DNA from: an uncultured Lentimicrobiaceae bacterium
Lineage (GTDB): Bacteria; Bacteroidota; Bacteroidia; Bacteroidales; WCHB1-69
Direction: 5' to 3'
Length of the DNA: 59,173 nt
Assembly (NCBI GenBank): GCA_964521105.1
Contig: CAZFPO010000008.1
Coordinates: 1-59,173 of the forward strand
The notes under the pieces were generated by a model. It searched no databases. It worked only from the letters and a program-made list of their open reading frames with translations, and was not told the origin of the DNA. Made by a program: the position numbers and the translations under genes. This document shows positions 57,501 through 59,173 of this stretch, piece by piece. The stretch's first letter is position 1; every line of letters starts with the position of its first letter.

Positions 57501-58297
57501 TCAGAGGGAAAAACGAAAAAATTAATTGGAACTCAAAAGATGAATTGGGTGCTTTGATTGTTGAATATAATAGAATGGTTGATGAATTAACCAAGAGTGC
57601 TGAACTTTTAGCCTCTTCGGAACGCGATTATGCTTGGCAGGAAATGGCACAGCAGGTGGCACACGAAATAAAAAACCCTCTTACACCAATGAAACTTAGT
57701 ATTCAGTATTTACAGCGTGCATGGGATAATAAAGAGCCAGATTGGGACGATAGGCTGAAGCGATTTTCACAAACTTTAGTAGAACAAATTGATGCTCTTT
57801 CGGCTATTGCAACTTCTTTTTCGGATTTTGCAAAAATGCCCAAAGGAGAGTTTAATAATGAAGATTTAAGCGAAACAATAAAGTCGGTAATTGCATTATT
57901 TGAAGATAATAATCAAAAAATTAAATTTGAAAATGATGGTTTAGATTATTATTTAGTAAGTGCCGATAAAAACCAGCTTATAAGAGTTTTAAATAATTTG
58001 ATTAAAAATGCTTTACAAGCTATTAGGGATACTAGGGAGGGTGAAATAAAAATATTTTTAAAGCAAGATGGGGAAGAGTATTTATTGACAATTGCTGATA
58101 ATGGCGTTGGAATATCTGATAATTTAAAACATAAGATATTTTCGCCCAATTTTACAACTAAAACCGGCGGAATGGGACTTGGTTTAGCAATGGTAAAAAA
58201 TATTGTAAAATCGATGAACGGCGAAATTTGGTTTGAATCGGAAGAGGGAATAGGTACTACATTTTATATTAAGTTTCCGAAAAAGAAAAATGAATAA
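54581..58297 (+). CDS. Large multi-TM sensor histidine kinase (HAMP-HisKA-HATPase)
   Basis: DELGALIVEYNRM (HAMP), AHEIKNPLTPM (H box), NLIKNA, DNGVG, GMGLGL; several TM bundles and periplasmic domains. Confidence 0.92.
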   Translation: MQLRLIIKQKKFQYIFALILITTIWLCFSIFNDKYNDIGVIKNNIEQKIHYKERQVEKILDNYLKFSNQYNFEDEYFLFKQKDFNDNQSYFFYYYEEKQLKFWSSNQVPVPEYLDTTKLAKEVWEMKNGIYGQKHVYIKNKNSYIVCLFLIQNKYPYENLFLSNTFDKSFNVSDNVKLVITPSENQVTSKKGNYLFSLYKETLIISDERSIVNSTLTFIILILLLLLIDNYIKSKRILIKYKYLFYTILIISIIAIRALSFIFKFPDFIYNSQLFGPNYFASSNFLPSLGDLLLNSICLFISVFILFFRIKVSRFKKIFKVNPNIFNLLLGFILLGFVPLLFNVVVSLFYSVIINTNVQIATENIFKFQFLSYLLFLIFLSLLGSLFLLFLKLFIVSKNLFNNKKPYKAALLFVAIISTFYSYLKFNQIEFSILSICLIYTIFYITNSYKKKKNSVILLLFILYSSVFTTITINIFNGLKEEDNRMLIAMKIANEHDPIVEYRLREVLQEIPKDQTINRLIRDVNKNEQAIIEYLLKEHLSTFIYRYKILITICSENQNLMIQPDNYEINCAQFFNKKINTFGSYKSYENVWYMNYEPGTVSYLSMVKIPRQSEDSIYRNYTIYIELDSKSYISDIGYPELLIDKKRSNINPDISNYSYARYIYDDLVSQYGKFFYSTNLSTYNIEKDEPKFFNNNGYRHLIFKANDKETIIIGKKISNYFERLVPISLFIIFYGLIVFVLYLLFSAQPFVFSFSKLNFQAKLQFTMILIILSSFLVICIMTVVYFVSLNVTKNQEIVTEKSHSILIQLEQQFHQVKEVNSSNIELFNDLIQKLSGQFFTDINLFDRYGNLIASSRPQMFHQGLISSKINTEAINELRKHKKTIFMHEEMIGKQKYISSYMPFRNNKGVTLAYINLPYFAKQEDLNREISSFLIAFLSVYVLLTLIAISITIFFANYITRPLKLMRDKIGQIKLRGKNEKINWNSKDELGALIVEYNRMVDELTKSAELLASSERDYAWQEMAQQVAHEIKNPLTPMKLSIQYLQRAWDNKEPDWDDRLKRFSQTLVEQIDALSAIATSFSDFAKMPKGEFNNEDLSETIKSVIALFEDNNQKIKFENDGLDYYLVSADKNQLIRVLNNLIKNALQAIRDTREGEIKIFLKQDGEEYLLTIADNGVGISDNLKHKIFSPNFTTKTGGMGLGLAMVKNIVKSMNGEIWFESEEGIGTTFYIKFPKKKNE

Positions 58298-58328
58298 ACC
58301 CAGAATAAGCGATAGAATTGCTGAAATG

Positions 58329-58378
58329 ATTTAATGTTTGTTTCAATTCGTTGAGACGAATTGAAACAAACATTAAAT
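58329..58378. repeat. Perfect 23-bp inverted repeat with 4-nt loop
   Basis: ATTTAATGTTTGTTTCAATTCGT-TGAG-ACGAATTGAAACAAACATTAAAT. Confidence 0.9.
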
Positions 58379-58547
58379 AGGGATTTAGCCCAACAAATTC
58401 ATGAAGTCATATTTTTTGAAATCTACTAAAGATTAATTTGGGTTGAATTTTTAGTGGAACGATACGGAATAAAAGGTTATACTAAAATTCGTTTGATATT
58501 GAATAGTGGTAATTTTTGGGATTATCGTTTGAATTGTATTACAAAAA

Positions 58548-58575
58548 AGGCTTTGTTTGATTTAATACAAAGCCT
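58548..58575 (-). terminator. Probable intrinsic terminator after the TPR gene
   Basis: AGGCTTTGT-10 nt-ACAAAGCCT with an A6 run on the + side (T-run on minus). Confidence 0.6.
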
Positions 58576-58600
58576 TAGGGATATATAATAAAAGAATTGA

Positions 58601-59152
58601 TTAAGCTTCTTTGGAATAAATTTTCAAATAGTCTTTTGCTTTTACTGAGCCTAATGACGAAGCTTTTTCCCAATCTTGAATGGCATCAGTCATGTAGTTA
58701 AGTTCAAGTTCAATTTCGGCTCTTAAAAGGAAATAATCGGCGTTGTTATTATCAAGTTCAACAGCTTTAATCATGTCGCGGTATGCTTTTTTAAATTCAT
58801 CTTGGTCGGCATGAGCAATAGCTTTCATGTAATAATACTTTGCTTGTTTGTGGTCGATGGCTATAGCAATTTCTAAATCTTGGATTGCCTCATCATTTTT
58901 GCGAAGGTTAAAATTTGCAACAGCTCTGTAATAATAAGCTTCGGCATTATTTGGCATTTCGGCAATTGCAATGTTTAAATCTTTAACCGCACCTTTAAAA
59001 TTGCTTTTGTTTATTTTTTCTTTTGCTGTTTCAACAGAATTGCCAATATCATTTATTGAAAAAACTGAGGTAAAGCTTCCTAAAAAAATTACTAAAACTA
59101 AGGTTGCGATAACATTTTTTTTCATTTTGTCTTTTTTCTTGATTTTTGACAC
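58601..59152 (-). CDS. Secreted tetratricopeptide-repeat protein (start likely the second Met, MKKNVIA)
   Basis: AYYYRAVANFNL..AIQDLEIAI, YYYMKAIA, YFLLRAEI TPR repeats; hydrophobic N-terminus. Confidence 0.88.
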   Translation of the reverse strand: MSKIKKKDKMKKNVIATLVLVIFLGSFTSVFSINDIGNSVETAKEKINKSNFKGAVKDLNIAIAEMPNNAEAYYYRAVANFNLRKNDEAIQDLEIAIAIDHKQAKYYYMKAIAHADQDEFKKAYRDMIKAVELDNNNADYFLLRAEIELELNYMTDAIQDWEKASSLGSVKAKDYLKIYSKEA

Positions 59153-59173
59153 CGCAAAATTAATAAAAAAAAA

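Noticed and set aside
711-58149. Numerous 60-170 aa ORFs antisense or out of frame inside larger genes (e.g. 9563-9922, 14402-14800, 32135-32641)
   Set aside because: Shadow ORFs of well-supported genes; no independent motifs
58329-58378. CRISPR array
   Set aside because: The GAATTGAAAC string occurs only as one inverted pair; no direct repeats, spacers or cas genes

Overview
Low-GC chromosomal segment from a Bacteroidota bacterium (Bacteroidia-like), with about 46 genes. The assignment rests on TAnnTTTG -7 promoter boxes, signal peptides cleaved before Gln, and typical gene families (S46/S41/S8/M28 peptidases, DUF4476, DUF4175-ybeY-mnmG). Most genes are housekeeping: polA, prfA, dnaB, nadA, rpiB, rsmI, pabB/C, mnmG. 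The window very probably spans the replication origin. A ~14% GC nadA-rpiB intergenic region carries tandem DnaA boxes, gene orientation diverges from it, and three parS palindromes lie within ~7.5 kb, two of them hugging mnmG. Accessory or unexplained elements: (1) a secreted LPP20/FlgP-like + FlgT-like + DUF4476 operon in a lineage not expected to have flagella; (2) a P-loop kinase + dCMP deaminase pair resembling a split AvcD/dCTP-deaminase defence protein; (3) a single-polypeptide R-M-S restriction system with a controller-like HTH and a visible palindromic operator; (4) a radical SAM + DUF6873-like pair; (5) an in-frame CPBP protease/clan GH-A hydrolase fusion; (6) an MBOAT/SGNH O-acetylation cluster with LysM; (7) a promoter-plus-terminator-delimited candidate small RNA; (8) REP-like palindromes. 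No rRNA, tRNA, CRISPR array or transposase was found. All family assignments come from motif recognition by eye; no searches were run.
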